Source: Kiritimatiellia bacterium (GTDB taxonomy: Bacteria > Verrucomicrobiota > Kiritimatiellia > RFP12 > UBA1067). Taken from it: a DNA stretch of 64,000 nt. The stretch spans positions 101,418 through 165,417 of the forward strand of contig JAZSQE010000065.1 of the NCBI GenBank assembly GCA_045537795.1, read 5' to 3'. The translations under genes and the position numbers were made by a program. A model generated the notes under the pieces. It ran no database searches. It saw only the letters and a program-made list of their open reading frames with translations, and was not told the DNA's origin. Shown here in pieces: positions 61,480 through 64,000 of the stretch (within the stretch, counting starts at the first letter, position 1; the number at the start of each line of letters is the position of its first letter).

Positions 61480-63426
61480 TCAATTCGAAAGTCCTTCGAG
61501 CTCCTCGGCGGCCTCTTCCCAATCGGCGCTGTAGCGGTCGATTTCGAACTGTATCGTGCGCACCTTGCGGTTCGCTTCGGCGAAATCGGTCGTGGGCGTA
61601 GGATTGAAAAGTTCCGCAGACGCTTCGTCCAGGGCTTTCTGAAGTTCTTCGAGTTTCTTCTCAGCCGTTTCGACCCGTCGCTTGAGTTCCTTGATTTTCG
61701 GGGCCAGTTTCGCCCGTTCTTCGGCGCGTTGGCGGCGAAGTTCCTTGGACGTGAGTTTTTGCTCTTCGCCGGATGCGCTCGCGTCTTTGCGCTGCGCCGC
61801 AGACGCGAGGGCTGCCGGAGCGCAGGCTCGCTGCGCTTCTTTCTTTTCGCGGTAGTAGTCGTAGGAGCCCGGATACTGGCGGATTCCCTCGGGAGTTATT
61901 TCGAGAATGCTCGTGGCGACCGCGCGCACGAAGTCGATGTCGTGCGAGACGAGAAGAATCGTTCCGCGGTATTTGCCGAGAGCGTCCTGCAGCAGCCTGC
62001 GCCCGTCGAGGTCGAGGTGGGTCGTCGGCTCGTCGAGAAGGAGAAAGTTCGGCGCCGAAAGGAAAAGCCTTAAAAAGGCGAGACGGATTTTCTCTCCTCC
62101 CGAGAGGACGCCCGCGGGCTTGTCGATGTCATTTTCGTCGAAGCCGAACGCGCCGAGCTGGTTGCGGAAGTTCTTCTCGTTCATGCCCGGGGGAATCGCG
62201 TTTTTTGCGTTGCGGTAGACGCTCACGTCAGGCGGGATCGTCTCGGCGAATTCCTGGCTGAGATACCCCGGGACGACATTGTGGCCTATGACGGCCTTGC
62301 CGCCGGTCGGGGCGCGCGTTCCCGCGATTATGCGCATAAGCGTCGTCTTGCCGAGGCCGTTATAGCCGATGAGCGCCACCTTGTCGCCGCGCGTTATGTT
62401 GAACGAGACGTTGTCGAGGACGTTTTTGACGCCGTCGTAGGAAAAGACGAGCTCTTCGGCACGGAACATCTCTATGCCGCTCGGCGGGGGCTCGGCGAGT
62501 CTGAGCCGTCCCGAACGCGTGTAGCGTTTTGGTAGGACGATGCGCTCTTCGTCGAGTTTGTCGATTATCTTCTGACGGCTCTGCGCCTGCGCGGCTTTTG
62601 TCGCCTGGGCCCGGAAACGGTCGACGAACCGCTGAAGCTGTTCGCGGTGGTGGTCCTGGTTTTCCTTCGCCGCCTTGAGATGTTCATAGCGGATTTCGCG
62701 CTCCGTCAGATAGTAGTCGAGATCTCCTTCGTAGCGAGTCACCGTGCCGGCGTCGACCTCGAGCGTTATCGACGTGAGCGTTCTCAGAAGGAATCTGTCG
62801 TGCGAGATGAGCATTAGCGTGCCGTCGTAAGCCTTGAGGAATTTCTGAAGCCAGTCGACCGCGGGAAGATCGAGGTAGTTCGACGGTTCGTCGAGAAGAA
62901 GTAGGTCTGGCTTCGAGGCGAGGACGCGCGAGAGCTCGGCTCTCATGCGCCAGCCGCCCGAAAAGCTCTTGAACGGCTTGGAGAATTCCTCGGTGGAGAA
63001 ACCGAGTCCGCCGAGCGCGACTTTGACGCGCGTTTCGATGTCGTACCCTCCGAGATGTTCGAATCTCGTCTGGAGTTCTCCATAGCGTTTGAGGGAAGAA
63101 TCGTCGAGATTCTCTTCGAGTCTTCGCATCTCCTCTTCCATCTCGCTGAGGCCCGGGATGCCGCGGAGGGAATATTCGAGAAGCGTTTCCTCTTCGAAAT
63201 CGGGCTCCGGGTTCTGGCGTGTCCAGCCGATACGCGGGTTCTGCTCGATGACGAGTTCGCCGCTGTCGGTGGACATTTCGCCGAGAACTATTTTGAAGAG
63301 CGTCGACTTGCCGCTGCCGTTGGGTCCCACGACCCCGATGCGGTCGCCCTTGTTGACCCTAAAGGTGACGTTCGAAAGAACATCCTGATGACCGTAGTGG
63401 ACGCTGATGCCTTTGAAGTCAAGCAT
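61480..63426 (-). CDS. ABC-F family ATPase (tandem ABC domains, C-terminal coiled coil; Uup/YbiT-like)
   Basis: It has two Walker A sites (GPNGSGKST, GYNGLGKTT) and two signature motifs (FSGGWRMR, LSGGEKIR). There are no TM domains. A Lys/Glu-rich C-terminal tail is present. Confidence 0.85.
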   Translation of the reverse strand: MLDFKGISVHYGHQDVLSNVTFRVNKGDRIGVVGPNGSGKSTLFKIVLGEMSTDSGELVIEQNPRIGWTRQNPEPDFEEETLLEYSLRGIPGLSEMEEEMRRLEENLDDSSLKRYGELQTRFEHLGGYDIETRVKVALGGLGFSTEEFSKPFKSFSGGWRMRAELSRVLASKPDLLLLDEPSNYLDLPAVDWLQKFLKAYDGTLMLISHDRFLLRTLTSITLEVDAGTVTRYEGDLDYYLTEREIRYEHLKAAKENQDHHREQLQRFVDRFRAQATKAAQAQSRQKIIDKLDEERIVLPKRYTRSGRLRLAEPPPSGIEMFRAEELVFSYDGVKNVLDNVSFNITRGDKVALIGYNGLGKTTLMRIIAGTRAPTGGKAVIGHNVVPGYLSQEFAETIPPDVSVYRNAKNAIPPGMNEKNFRNQLGAFGFDENDIDKPAGVLSGGEKIRLAFLRLFLSAPNFLLLDEPTTHLDLDGRRLLQDALGKYRGTILLVSHDIDFVRAVATSILEITPEGIRQYPGSYDYYREKKEAQRACAPAALASAAQRKDASASGEEQKLTSKELRRQRAEERAKLAPKIKELKRRVETAEKKLEELQKALDEASAELFNPTPTTDFAEANRKVRTIQFEIDRYSADWEEAAEELEGLSN

Positions 63427-63880
63427 GGCCGATCGTCTCCAAGAGCGCCTTGCATCCCGACAGCACGTCGTCGTAAGTTTCGTCGAAGTTGCCGGTGTAC
63501 CACGGGTCGGCTACATCGCGCGTCTCTCCGGCAAGTTCCAGCATTTTGCGCAGTTTTGGAAGATCTTGCGGATAGACGAGTCTTTTGAGATCGGCCATGT
63601 TGTATGAATCCATGCCGATTATGATGTCATAGCGGGAGGCTTTCTCGGCCGTGAGAAGCCACGCCGCGCGTTTGGAAAAGGGAATGCCGTGAGCGGCGAG
63701 CACGGCTTTGGTGCCGCGATGTGTGTCGCTGCCGATTTCGTCGGTGTGAAGCGCGGCGGAATCGACGCTTACGTCTTCAATGCCGGCTTTCGCGAGCAGA
63801 TCCGCCATAACGAACTGCGCCATCGTGCTTCTGCAGATGTTGCCGTGGCAGACAAAGAGTAGCTTCTTCGGTTTTTTCAT
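63419..63880 (-). CDS. low-molecular-weight protein-tyrosine phosphatase
   Basis: The CHGNICRS active-site loop (CX5R-S) lies near the N-terminus, and the DP motif (VADPWY) near the C-terminus. It overlaps the ABC-F start by 8 nt. Confidence 0.85.
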   Translation of the reverse strand: MKKPKKLLFVCHGNICRSTMAQFVMADLLAKAGIEDVSVDSAALHTDEIGSDTHRGTKAVLAAHGIPFSKRAAWLLTAEKASRYDIIIGMDSYNMADLKRLVYPQDLPKLRKMLELAGETRDVADPWYTGNFDETYDDVLSGCKALLETIGHA

Positions 63881-63888
63881 ACGGGGGG

Positions 63889-63897
63889 ATTATACCA
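63889..63897 (-). promoter_or_regulatory. TGGTATAAT extended -10 box, 8 nt upstream of ATG 63880 (leaderless candidate)
   Basis: The minus strand reads tggTATAATccccccgtATG. Confidence 0.45.
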
Positions 63898-64000
63898 TTT
63901 TCCCGTTTTTCATGCGGCGCAGCAGGAAAGGGAGGTGTCTGCGCCATTTTCCGTTGGGCATTTTCCGCGCTGGAGACGAGAAGATAAAAAAGTTGAAAAA

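Noticed and set aside
1-64000. Search by eye for CRISPR arrays, tandem or interspersed repeats, IS elements, integrases, att-like duplications next to the four tRNAs, and toxin-antitoxin pairs.
   Set aside because: I found no regularly spaced direct repeats, transposase or integrase ORFs, or duplicated tRNA 3' segments. The tRNA pairs are flanked by ordinary housekeeping genes. A computational repeat scan is still advisable, because I cannot exhaustively compare 64 kb by eye.

Overview
High-GC, gene-dense bacterial chromosomal window, mostly transcribed on the + strand. I call 56 protein-coding genes, 4 tRNAs (Leu-CAG, Glu-CUC, Thr-CGU, His-GUG, all with encoded CCA) and an RNase P RNA (type A). 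I saw no CRISPR array, IS element, integrase or prophage genes.

Gene content suggests, by inference only, a glycan-degrading member of the PVC superphylum (Lentisphaerota or Kiritimatiellota-like). The supporting features are a GreA with a roughly 500 aa N-terminal extension, V-type ATPase genes with a DUF2764 partner, many KAFTLIELL-type prepilin leaders, a GH78 rhamnosidase, a DUF4838 protein and a eukaryote-type hexokinase.

The best candidates for something undescribed are:
1. A tightly coupled operon at 4104-15459 encoding a GspF/PilC platform protein, seven prepilin-leader proteins, a 1076 aa GspK-like giant and a short Fkp-like fucose-activating enzyme. The window contains no ATPase, secretin or prepilin peptidase.
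2. A DeoR-linked nine-gene sugar or polyol catabolic locus at 34061-44406. It mixes the lower inositol-pathway enzyme set (IolB, PfkB kinase, class II aldolase) with a FucI-like isomerase, an FGGY kinase and a GlcD/GlcF-like FAD/Fe-S dehydrogenase. Its two promoters share helically phased TCTCAT repeats at identical spacing from the -10 box.
3. Adjacent RNA polymerase secondary-channel factors with unusual N-terminal extensions (long GreA, Lys/Ala-rich DksA).
4. A DRTGG, CBS-GHKL and SNF2 helicase operon.
5. A MurE-like ligase that lacks its N-terminal domain and starts 22 nt after rnpB.

Genome-style observations: TGGTATAAT-N7-ATG arrangements at five genes imply leaderless mRNAs. A TTTGATATAAT extended -10 box recurs three times. 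All four convergent gene junctions have 0-9 nt gaps or overlap.

All functional calls come from reading motifs in the supplied translations. No database search was run.
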